The position numbers and the translations under genes are program-made. Below are positions 19,689 to 28,234 of a stretch of DNA of 64,000 bases, one piece after another. How positions within the stretch are numbered: position 1 is the first letter of the stretch; each line of letters starts with the position of its first letter. The notes beneath the pieces were generated by a model that was given only the letters and a program-made list of their open reading frames with translations, was not told the origin of the DNA and made no database searches. Source of the DNA: Cenarchaeum sp. (GTDB lineage Archaea; Thermoproteota; Nitrososphaeria; Nitrososphaerales; Nitrosopumilaceae); NCBI GenBank assembly GCA_963692915.1, contig OY843584.1, positions 416,001-480,000 on the forward strand. Direction: 5' to 3'.

Positions 19689-21548
19689 TCATAGCACGTC
19701 GCCTAGGTACTTGTTGACGGCTGCGTCAATTTTGCGGCTCTTGGCAAACGCAATTACCCTTCTCTTGCTGACAATGCCTTCATAGACAAGATCCCCGATC
19801 ATCTCTAGTTCGGCCTCGTACTGGATCATCTTTTTCCTCCTGACCTCAAAAAACAGGTCAACCCAAGATTTCTCTAGTGGGGCGACTATGACGTTTGGAA
19901 CCCTGGCGTATTCGCGTATCGCAATGACGTTCTTGCGTGACAGGTCAAACACTGCCTCAAACTGCACCCTCGTGGGATCGCGCAAGACGTCAAACTTGCC
20001 GTGCTCCCGTATTGCGGTCTCCAGCTGGCTTCCGGCGCCCTTGATCGTATAGACCGTGTAAACCATCTTGTTGTACGCGTAGTGGAGGTACGACGTTAGT
20101 GTGGAGAGCCCCGTAAACTGCCTCTTGTGTGGGAGTGACTTTAGGTGGTACTGCAGGTCCACAAGCTCCTCCTGGAGGAGATCCAGGTTTCGTGTGTGTG
20201 TGCGCCTTGGCTTGGGTGCAAGCCTGCCTGCCAGGTGCCTCTCCCATGCGGCATTTCTGCTCTGCACGTGCCCTGGGATTACCCCGTCGCGTGGCATGGC
20301 CTCGACCTCTATGCGCAGCATGATGAGCAGGAACAATGGGTTTCGAAACGCGCGAAATATGCCACTCTGCCGATTCACTAGAATCTCAGTCACGTCTTCG
20401 CACCTCTCTATTCGGTATATTCCAGAGTCGGCGTTTACCATCCTCATTACCGTCTTTCCAAACTTTGACTTTATGGGAATCTCATCAATGCTGTCGATTA
20501 GCCTCTGCGACTCGGCATCACCGAGGCGCAAGAGGCGCTGATCGCCAACATTGGCATCTGCATTGACTATGGCCTCGACATCATACTCTTTACGTGTCTG
20601 CTCGGCTGCCATGCGCAACATCTCCCTGACTGTGTGATCTGAGCTAAACGCCACCTGCGCAATTTTATATTTTGAATCTTCTGTCAGAAATTCAGTCTTG
20701 AATATGTTTACGGGAACGTTGTCTAGTGACACGCTGCCGATAACCCTGGCCACGGTTGGGTGCTCGGGTATGCCAAACTTTGCGTATGGCTTGATCATTC
20801 TCCCCCGGGAGTACAGGTGTATGCCATAGTTGCCCTTGATTGAGCGTTGCCTTAGCAGAGCTATCCATCCGCTCGCCCTAGTGCCATCCCCGATTGCAAT
20901 GTCTATATTTCTCATGCTGCCTTCTTTGATGTCGGGCTCTTTTGCCACGCACTGCTGCCCGTCTACTGATATGGAGACGATGCCCTCCTTGATGTATGGC
21001 CCGTACCGCGTGCCAAACTCTTCTCTCAATTTTGTTATCTGGGCCAGATTCACGGAGGGGTTGATGCCCGATATGGCTATCTCCGTCCCGTGCGCACCCC
21101 TTTCTGCTGCCTGGCGCAATACCTTGATCTTGTCCCAGGAGGCGCTCTTGTCCCTGAGCCACTTTTCCTCGTTGTAGGCGAGGACTAGGCGGTGATCCGC
21201 CCCGCTCACCTTTGTGCCTATCGAGACCATGCTCCCGAGCGCCGACGTTGCGCTCTTTAGGCCCATTCCAAACCTGCCGATCCGACCATCCAAACCGCCT
21301 GACGTGCCGGCTATGGTCCATGCGCGCTCGAGGCCGCCGATGTCCATGCCCTTGCCGTCATCGCGCACGGTGATGACGCCCTTGGCGTGGTCATAGGCGA
21401 CCTCTATGTTCTCGGTCTTGCCGTCGATTCTTGCATCTATTGCATTGTCGACGATCTCGGCGATGGCCTGCCCTGTGCTGTATCCGATCATGCCCAGTTT
21501 TTTTATCAGGCTCTTGTCAGGCGTGGCGTTCACGGTGAGCTCATTCAT
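19689..21548 (-). CDS. GHKL/MORC-type ATPase (HATPase_c_3-like plus S5-like domain) with AbiEi-like C-terminal domain
   Basis: AEIVDNAIDA, DDGKGM, GRFGMGLK, HGT boxes; GIHLYSRGRMI; C-terminal APLEKSWVDL; visibly lower GC than flanks. Confidence 0.8.
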   Translation of the reverse strand: MNELTVNATPDKSLIKKLGMIGYSTGQAIAEIVDNAIDARIDGKTENIEVAYDHAKGVITVRDDGKGMDIGGLERAWTIAGTSGGLDGRIGRFGMGLKSATSALGSMVSIGTKVSGADHRLVLAYNEEKWLRDKSASWDKIKVLRQAAERGAHGTEIAISGINPSVNLAQITKLREEFGTRYGPYIKEGIVSISVDGQQCVAKEPDIKEGSMRNIDIAIGDGTRASGWIALLRQRSIKGNYGIHLYSRGRMIKPYAKFGIPEHPTVARVIGSVSLDNVPVNIFKTEFLTEDSKYKIAQVAFSSDHTVREMLRMAAEQTRKEYDVEAIVNADANVGDQRLLRLGDAESQRLIDSIDEIPIKSKFGKTVMRMVNADSGIYRIERCEDVTEILVNRQSGIFRAFRNPLFLLIMLRIEVEAMPRDGVIPGHVQSRNAAWERHLAGRLAPKPRRTHTRNLDLLQEELVDLQYHLKSLPHKRQFTGLSTLTSYLHYAYNKMVYTVYTIKGAGSQLETAIREHGKFDVLRDPTRVQFEAVFDLSRKNVIAIREYARVPNVIVAPLEKSWVDLFFEVRRKKMIQYEAELEMIGDLVYEGIVSKRRVIAFAKSRKIDAAVNKYLGDVL

Positions 21549-21570
21549 GCCTAGGCGGCAGGCGTTTCTC

Positions 21571-21598
21571 TATATATACCAATATTTTAGTTTAAATA
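21571..21598. promoter_or_regulatory. putative divergent promoter pair (TATATATA for the ATPase gene; TTTAAATA facing the repeat array)
   Basis: TATATATA 21571-21578 lies 23-30 nt from the minus-strand ATG 21548; TTTAAATA 21591-21598 lies about 27 nt before repeat unit 1. Confidence 0.5.
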
Positions 21599-21624
21599 GT
21601 ATGGAGCCCGTTTTAGCCATAATT

Positions 21625-21780
21625 CCGACAAATACCTTATTTTCTCCACTTTGAATGATTTGCACTTTTGCCGACAAATACCCCATTTTCTCCATCTTGA
21701 ATGATTTGCACTTTTGCCGACAAATACCTCATTCTCCCCACTTTGCATGATTTGTTCTTTTTGCCGAAAAATGCCTCGTT
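21625..21780. repeat. AT-rich 46-47 bp tandem repeat, ~3.4 copies
   Basis: Units start at 21625, 21671, 21717 and 21764; TTGAATGATTTGCACTTTTGCCGACAAATACC is identical at 21651-21682 and 21697-21728. Confidence 0.93.
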
Positions 21781-22341
21781 ATGAAGGAGACTCGTCGACC
21801 GACGATCGCACACGAACTGCCACGGGGCGGCCATGCGCCATTCCGCCCTAGGCGCCTATGGCCAGAGGCCGTGTGCATATCTTGCGCCCTGTGCGCATCC
21901 GTTCGGCGAGCTAACGCGTAAGGCGATTGGGTGAATATGCGTGATACGGCACTTTCGGCATGGCGCCGTGTGCCTTGGGCCCATTAGAGACACCCTGTGA
22001 CGCGGTAGTCGTGCCGTGCGATGCGGCTCATCTGGTCGTGTGGGTTATGTGTAGAACTGGTGGCGCAAGCACGGCCGTGCCAATGCCCCTGTCACTGCAC
22101 GTAGCCAGCGTCCTGGCCACGTACCGGAGCGCCCTGCCGTCAAGCCTCCTGACCGGCATGGCGCGCCGGCGGCGGAGTCATCCAAACGTGTGTTTCGGCA
22201 GCCTGCCGGACCCCAGGGCACTCCCGAGGCTCCCGGATCTGCGCCCGGCAAGCATTCCTGCCCAGTCTACTACTTTTCGTACAAGGCACAACGCCCCATG
22301 GGCGGGTAGGTTAAAAAGGGGCGCGGCGCGCGTGCGTGACG

Positions 22342-22509
22342 ATGCCCATAGCGGATCCCGAAAAGAAGCAGATAGCGCAAAAAGCGCGCCTTCACCTCAA
22401 GATATGCTTTAACTGCGGCGCGCGCAACGCGCTGGCCGCAACGCGCTGCCGCAAGTGCCACCACACGGCTCTGCGCCTAAAGAACAGGGCACTAGGCGCC
22501 AAAAAGTAG
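22342..22509 (+). CDS. rpl40e: 50S ribosomal protein L40e
   Basis: Manual translation MPIADPEKKQIAQKARLHLKICFNCGARNALAATRCRKCHHTALRLKNRALGAKK; below ORF-track cutoff. Confidence 0.95.
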   Translation: MPIADPEKKQIAQKARLHLKICFNCGARNALAATRCRKCHHTALRLKNRALGAKK

Positions 22510-22577
22510 TCCTGTGGCGCACGCCTGCGCGCACCAAACCTAAAGAGTCAAAAGCGGCTCCCTGCGCCACCGCCGAC

Positions 22578-22673
22578 GGACCGGTCGTCTAGCGGCTAGG
22601 ATGACGCACTCACACTGCGTAAGGGTGCCACGGCGCCCCGCAATGGTCATGGGTTCAAATCCCATCCGGTCCA
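22578..22673 (+). tRNA. tRNA-Val(CAC) with a 23-nt non-canonical intron (22622-22644, position 44/45)
   Basis: Acceptor GGACCGG/CCGGTCC, anticodon arm ACGCA-CTCACAC-TGCGT, T arm ATGGG-TTCAAAT-CCCAT; bulge-helix-bulge around the intron. Confidence 0.9.
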
Positions 22674-22677
22674 CTCC

Positions 22678-24054
22678 CTATTCCTGCGCCGATCGTTCCC
22701 TAAAGACCCAGACTGTTCGTTGACCGTGATCCAGAACGTCTGCGCCCATGGATGTCATCTCGTCCCTTGCCTCGTCGGCCTCGTCATAGCGCGACTCTGC
22801 GCGCCGGCTCTCGCGAAGCGCGCACAGCTCGTCAAGCCTCCTCTCGGCATCGTGTGACGGGCCGCTGATGTGCAGGCCAAGCGTGCCGAGCATTGCGTCA
22901 AGCGTGCCGCGTGCCGATGCGGACTCTGCATCCCCGAGCGCACCGCCGGCGGCAGTCTCGTTGACCTCGCCGGCCAGCCCAAAGAGCTCGTCTAGCGCAT
23001 GTCGCGTGTCAAGGTCATCGTCTAGCGCGCCGACAAAGCTGTGCCATCGGTCTCCCTCAGGCTCACACGGGCCGTTTGCGCCGGCACTACGAAGCTCATA
23101 GTGGCATGTTTCGGCCTGCCGCCACCTCTCGACGCACTCGGACATTGCCGAGGGCGCATAGTCTATGCGCTTTGAATAGCGAGCCCCCAGGCAAAAGACG
23201 CGCAGCGCATTGGCTCCCCATGTCGAGATTGCAGACCGAACCGTGCGCGAGTTGCCAGCCGACTTTGACATCTTTTCGCCGTCTACTGTGACCATTCCGA
23301 CATGCATCCACGCGCGCGCAAGGCTGTGGCCGGTGCATGACTCTGACTGCGCAATCTCGTTCTCGTGGTGGGGGAATATGAGATCGCGTCCCCCGCCGTG
23401 CACGTCGATCGTTCCGGGTAGGTGCTTTCTTGCCATCGCCGAGCACTCTATGTGCCATCCGGGCCGGCCTGTGCCCCATGGGCTTGGCCACGTCCGCTCG
23501 CCGTCTGCCCTCTTCCAGAGCGCAAAGTCAAGCGCATTGCGCTTTGTCTCATCGACGCCAACGCGCGCGCCTGCCACAAGCTCGTCTGTCCTTTTGCCTG
23601 ACAGCCTGCCATACGGGGCAAAGGACGACACGTCAAAGTAGACGCCTGTGAGCGTCTCATAGGCGACTCCGGCATCGACTAGCTCGCGGATCATTGCGAC
23701 CATGTCATCGATGTGGTCTACTGCCCTAGGTGCGCTAGTCGGGCGTAGTATGTTGAGCGCATCAGAATCCTCATTGTACCTGCGTATGTGCCGCTCGGTG
23801 AGCGTGGCGGCATCCTCGCCGGACTCTGCGGCACGTCGGAGTATCTTGTCATCAACGTCAGTAAAGTTCTGCACGAGCTCGACGTTGGCACCGCTGCGCT
23901 CGAGGTGCCTGCGCAGGACGTCAAAGACTATGGCAGATCGCGCATGGCCGACATGCGCGTCATCATACACGGTCGCGCCGCACACGTACACGCGCACGAG
24001 CCCAGTCGGGCCGACCTCGACGCGCTCTCCACTCAGCGTGTCATGGACATTCAT
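22678..24054 (-). CDS. cysS: cysteine--tRNA ligase
   Basis: CGATVYD, HVGH, PGWHIECS, FPHHENE, KMSKS motifs. Confidence 0.97.
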   Translation of the reverse strand: MNVHDTLSGERVEVGPTGLVRVYVCGATVYDDAHVGHARSAIVFDVLRRHLERSGANVELVQNFTDVDDKILRRAAESGEDAATLTERHIRRYNEDSDALNILRPTSAPRAVDHIDDMVAMIRELVDAGVAYETLTGVYFDVSSFAPYGRLSGKRTDELVAGARVGVDETKRNALDFALWKRADGERTWPSPWGTGRPGWHIECSAMARKHLPGTIDVHGGGRDLIFPHHENEIAQSESCTGHSLARAWMHVGMVTVDGEKMSKSAGNSRTVRSAISTWGANALRVFCLGARYSKRIDYAPSAMSECVERWRQAETCHYELRSAGANGPCEPEGDRWHSFVGALDDDLDTRHALDELFGLAGEVNETAAGGALGDAESASARGTLDAMLGTLGLHISGPSHDAERRLDELCALRESRRAESRYDEADEARDEMTSMGADVLDHGQRTVWVFRERSAQE

Positions 24055-24812
24055 TGTAGGCACGCCCCCGGCACATGCGCACGCTTGTGCGCACTGCCCT
24101 CGTGCATGGCGCGCACACGCGCCACCGTCTCGACGGAAACTGTGGCGTCGTGTGCCGTGCTGGCATCATCCATGCGCCTGTCCACTATGCACTGGAGGAT
24201 TGGGTCAATCTCCTCGTAGGTCATGCCGAGCTCCTCCTCAGCACCATGGTTGTCCCACAGGTGTGGTGCGCTCTTTTTTTGCGCAATTGCTGCGGGTATG
24301 CCAAGGTGCCGTGCCATCTCCCTCACCTGAACCTTATAGAGCGATGCTATTGGAAACACGTCGGCTGCACCGTCACCATGTTTTGTAAAGTAGCCGATAA
24401 GGGCCTCACTCCGGTCACTCGTTCCTGCAACGAGTGCGCCTGCCGAGTTGGCATGGTGGTACAGCAGGCACATCCTGATACGCGCCCTTGCGTTGCCCAG
24501 CGCCCTCTCATCGGGATCGACGTGGCGCGCAAATTCCCTGACTATTGGCGCAATGTCGACTGTCCGGCTCGCAATCCCAAGAGTTCCGGCAAGTTCCTGC
24601 GCATCCTTGGTGTCACGCTCCGGCGTGACCTGCGAGTCAGGCATCACCAGCGCCGTCGTCGTGCATGCCCTTGAGCATATTGCCGCAGTGACGGCAGAGT
24701 CTAGCCCGCCGCTGAGCCCGAGGACAACACCGCTCGCGCCGGCCGAGGAGACGGCACCTGTGACTAGGCGCACGGCCGCATCAGCAGATGCCGCATAGTC
24801 AATCTGCGGCAT
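24051..24812 (-). CDS. nadE: NH3-dependent NAD+ synthetase
   Basis: LSGGLDSAV, NARARIRM, GYFTKHGDG motifs; start uncertain. Confidence 0.94.
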   Translation of the reverse strand: MPQIDYAASADAAVRLVTGAVSSAGASGVVLGLSGGLDSAVTAAICSRACTTTALVMPDSQVTPERDTKDAQELAGTLGIASRTVDIAPIVREFARHVDPDERALGNARARIRMCLLYHHANSAGALVAGTSDRSEALIGYFTKHGDGAADVFPIASLYKVQVREMARHLGIPAAIAQKKSAPHLWDNHGAEEELGMTYEEIDPILQCIVDRRMDDASTAHDATVSVETVARVRAMHEGSAHKRAHVPGACLQ

Positions 24813-24837
24813 CGCCGCAAGGGCGTCGGCGTGACTG

Positions 24838-25140
24838 CTAGAGCTCGACGTAGATGCCGTCCTTTCTCTCCTCGACTTTGTATGTCTTGAGGCTGACATC
24901 CTTGAGATAGTCAAGCAGCTTGCCCGTCTTTATTTCATAATGCCAAAAGTGCAGGGGGCACTCGACTACGCCGTCCTTGATCTCACCGGGGGCTATCGAG
25001 CCGTCCTGGTGCGCGCACGTCGACTCTAGGGCGTGCATCCCGTCATGGTTAAAGACGGCTATCTTTGTTCCATCCACGTCAAACTCGGCGCCAGAGTCCC
25101 TGGCCACGGCGCCCCGCTCGGCCACCTTGACCCATCTCAT
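24838..25140 (-). CDS. Rieske 2Fe-2S ferredoxin
   Basis: CAH...CPLH Rieske motifs. Confidence 0.9.
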   Translation of the reverse strand: MRWVKVAERGAVARDSGAEFDVDGTKIAVFNHDGMHALESTCAHQDGSIAPGEIKDGVVECPLHFWHYEIKTGKLLDYLKDVSLKTYKVEERKDGIYVEL

Positions 25141-25246
25141 TCCGGCGCAGGCTTGCGCGCAGACCCTAATAAGCACGACGGAGGCTCACTGACGGTGCCG
25201 CACACGCATCACAGTATTTAAGTAAGATAGTGCACACTCTGCCACA

Positions 25247-28234
25247 ATGAGGACGAGACTGGGGGCTTTGGGATTTGCGCTCCTCCTGCTCATGCCCGCA
25301 TATGCGGCATCGCAGACGCCTGACCGGATAATCGTGGACAGGGACCTCGGCGAGCATGGCAGGGGCGACCACCTCTTTGTCCACGGGATACTCGCATCGC
25401 CGGATCAGGCAAAGTTCGTCATCGTGCAGGTGGCAAACCCGCGCGGCGAGCTGTGCAGCATACAGCAGATACAGCCCCTCTCGGAGGGCCAGTTTGTCAC
25501 CAAGGCCGTGCCGCTCCGCGGAGCGCTGTGCGGCATCGACGGTGAGTACGACGTGCGCATATTCTTTGGCGAGCACTCGCAGTCCTCCTCGTTCGTCCTC
25601 TCCGGACCCGGCGCAGAGGCGCCTGAAGGGGATGACACCCTCAGGGCGGCGCACGCCGCGCTTGACGCTCGCATTGCGCGCACGCAGGGGCTTGACACGG
25701 CATGGTACACGTCGCGCGCACTGGCCCTAGTCGGACCACTTGACACGATAGAGGCCGTCGAGCAGATCTATGTGGATCTCCTTGGCGACTCTTTTACTGA
25801 CTCGTCCCTTGAGGGACTTGACGTGACGCTGCGACGTGCCATACGTGACGCAATTGACGCAACGGGGGCACTCGAGCGCGACTCGGTTATATCCACAGAT
25901 GCCGCAAGCGAGATCAGGGACTTGCTGTGGGCAGCAATCATGTACCACGAGGCCGGCGACGCGCGCTCCTCGTACGCAAAGATAAACGAGGCGTATGTTG
26001 ACATACGCATATTCGAGCCATCAAGCGGCGCGGCTCCGGATCGCCCGCCCACGTTTGAGGAGCTAGAATCCACCGTTCTTAGCCTGATGATGAAGAGTGG
26101 CTCTCTCCTCTCAAAGGACGTTCGCTCCGACCTGTCGTTCATCCTGTCGCGCGGCACTGCCCCAATACACATTGAAAGCCTAAACTCGCTAGTCAACGTG
26201 CTGACGCACGCAAGGTATCTTGACATAGTGGAGCGCAAGGATGACGATCTTCACAAGCTCATAACGGGGGACTGGGTTGCACTGAGGCCGCGGGTAACCT
26301 CGGCGTCGACGATCGAGGCGACTGTGGCCCTAGAGGAGCAGACCTCGGCGCTGTATGGTGCGGCGATGGCACTGCGTGACCTCGACAAGGTGGAGAACTT
26401 TGTCAATGGTGACAGAGCCGGCGATCTTGGGATGCTGCTGCGCCCCGACTGGAACAAGATCGTCTCGGATATCAGGTCGGCGAGCTCGACTGAGGATATC
26501 ATGAATAGTGTGGACAATGTCACGAGGATAAAGGGAGTCGTCGACATATCCTCACGGCTAGAGCAGGTGATACGGCTCACGAGTGCCAACGGCATAGAGA
26601 CTGACATCACGCGCCAGTGGCCTGACCTGCTCTCAAGCGTGGGCGATGCGGGAGATCTTGATGCCATACTCCTAATCGTCAAAAAGTTTGAGGAATCGAT
26701 ACAGTCTCTGCGCGAGGCGCGCAGCCCACTGTCCTCGCTGGAGCTGGAATACCGTGCGCTGCGCGCAAAGGCGGATCAGCAGTCAGACAGGGCTGCGCTG
26801 GCCAACATTGACAATGCCCTCAATATACTGGATCTTGCGCAAAAGCTCTCCTCGGGCAACCCTACAGAGGCGCGCCGTGACAGGGTGGAGGTTCTAGTGG
26901 CGTGGGTGGTTCAGGAGGCCGACGCGATCAGAGATCGCCTAAACTCAAACACAGATGTCAACCAGACACAGCGTGCGGCGAGCATACTGGAGCGCGCAAA
27001 CTCGCTTGAGAGCCTCGGCGAGATTGGACTGCGCACAAAGAGGTTTGTGCCCGGATATTCAGACTATGTTGATGAGGTAAAGCAAAAGATATCGCGTGCA
27101 AGGGAGCTTGTGATATCAGGCGAGCTGCGCCTTGCTGATGACATTGTGCGAAACGCGCGCGCAGAGTGGATCGAGGTGGATGCCGCGTATCGCGATGATC
27201 CGCCGTCATCAGACGACTATGGGATTGTCGATGTCCGTCGGCGCGCATACACAGAGCAGGTAGATGGGCTCCAGAACGTTGCGGCACGGTTCCTCGTTAA
27301 CGGGACAGAAGAGGCGCGTGAGATGCGCCTTATCCTTGACAGGGCAGCAGAGTTCACCGAGCACGGAAACTTTGTAGACGCGCAAGAGTGGATAACTCGG
27401 GCGTACGAATACGCGCAGGATCACCTTAGCATGAAGCACAATAGCGTGATCTTTGACATAGAGCGCAACGAGGCTGCGCGCACGTGGATGATAAACGGGT
27501 TTGTCGAAAAGCAGGCATTTGACCGGAGAGAGGACATATCGGTCACGGTTCTACACGCCAACAACACGCTTCACAGCGAGCTAGAGTTCACCGACACAAG
27601 GCACGGCGCGTTCTCCATACCGTGGAATGGTCCGGGCGAGCCGGGCATATACATTGCAGAGCTTGCCTACCGAGACACGACATCGGCCAACATTGTGTAC
27701 ATTCCATACGATCTCGGCACTGCAGGTGACAGGGAACAGCGTCAGACTCTCTCGGGCGGCTCTGGCCTCATTGCCTCCTCGCGTGACCTCTTTGACCTGC
27801 GCGAGTTCATGCGTGGGTTCGGCGGAGAGCGATACCAGTCAAACATCGGGCGCATAGGGCCTGTAGTCGCCGACGCCGAGAAGGCCATCCTCGACAGGGA
27901 CGAGGCCGAGGCCCGCTCCAAGGTCGCCGAGCTGCGTGCCCTCATTGAGCGCTACCTCCCGCAGCGCTCCACCGATGCGGCAATACGCGCCGACTATGGC
28001 CAGGGCGGCCTGCTCCTAGAGGGCGCGATCAAAAAGTCGATCGCCTTCCCCGAGGACCTCTATGTCGACGTGTTCGACCAGTCCGGAGACCTCGTGACAA
28101 CTGTTGCGCTCACCGACGACTCGAACGGCTCGTTCTCGCAGAGCCTCGTGCGCAGCTTTGAGCCCGGCACGCACGTCGTGCTCCTCTCATACCATGACCT
28201 GCGCGTCTCGGACTTTTTCACCGTGGATCGCTAG
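25247..28234 (+). CDS. secreted hypothetical protein (995 aa) with beta-rich ends and a helical core
   Basis: Signal peptide; long ORF with host-like codon usage; TATA-like TTTAAG upstream. Confidence 0.8.
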   Translation: MRTRLGALGFALLLLMPAYAASQTPDRIIVDRDLGEHGRGDHLFVHGILASPDQAKFVIVQVANPRGELCSIQQIQPLSEGQFVTKAVPLRGALCGIDGEYDVRIFFGEHSQSSSFVLSGPGAEAPEGDDTLRAAHAALDARIARTQGLDTAWYTSRALALVGPLDTIEAVEQIYVDLLGDSFTDSSLEGLDVTLRRAIRDAIDATGALERDSVISTDAASEIRDLLWAAIMYHEAGDARSSYAKINEAYVDIRIFEPSSGAAPDRPPTFEELESTVLSLMMKSGSLLSKDVRSDLSFILSRGTAPIHIESLNSLVNVLTHARYLDIVERKDDDLHKLITGDWVALRPRVTSASTIEATVALEEQTSALYGAAMALRDLDKVENFVNGDRAGDLGMLLRPDWNKIVSDIRSASSTEDIMNSVDNVTRIKGVVDISSRLEQVIRLTSANGIETDITRQWPDLLSSVGDAGDLDAILLIVKKFEESIQSLREARSPLSSLELEYRALRAKADQQSDRAALANIDNALNILDLAQKLSSGNPTEARRDRVEVLVAWVVQEADAIRDRLNSNTDVNQTQRAASILERANSLESLGEIGLRTKRFVPGYSDYVDEVKQKISRARELVISGELRLADDIVRNARAEWIEVDAAYRDDPPSSDDYGIVDVRRRAYTEQVDGLQNVAARFLVNGTEEAREMRLILDRAAEFTEHGNFVDAQEWITRAYEYAQDHLSMKHNSVIFDIERNEAARTWMINGFVEKQAFDRREDISVTVLHANNTLHSELEFTDTRHGAFSIPWNGPGEPGIYIAELAYRDTTSANIVYIPYDLGTAGDREQRQTLSGGSGLIASSRDLFDLREFMRGFGGERYQSNIGRIGPVVADAEKAILDRDEAEARSKVAELRALIERYLPQRSTDAAIRADYGQGGLLLEGAIKKSIAFPEDLYVDVFDQSGDLVTTVALTDDSNGSFSQSLVRSFEPGTHVVLLSYHDLRVSDFFTVDR

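Noticed and set aside
21625-21780. Possible CRISPR mini-array
   Set aside because: The segments between conserved cores are short and similar to each other rather than unique spacers; no cas genes in the window.
21637-21834. 65-aa minus-strand ORF across the repeat array
   Set aside because: The 46-bp period is out of frame, so the protein does not repeat; most likely incidental.
21960-22412. 150-aa ORF in the intergenic gap
   Set aside because: No motifs, and it overlaps the rpl40e promoter and start in another frame.
22578-22673. tRNA-Val as integration site for the accessory block
   Set aside because: Its 3' end faces away from the block, rpl40e intervenes, and no duplicated tRNA end or integrase was seen.
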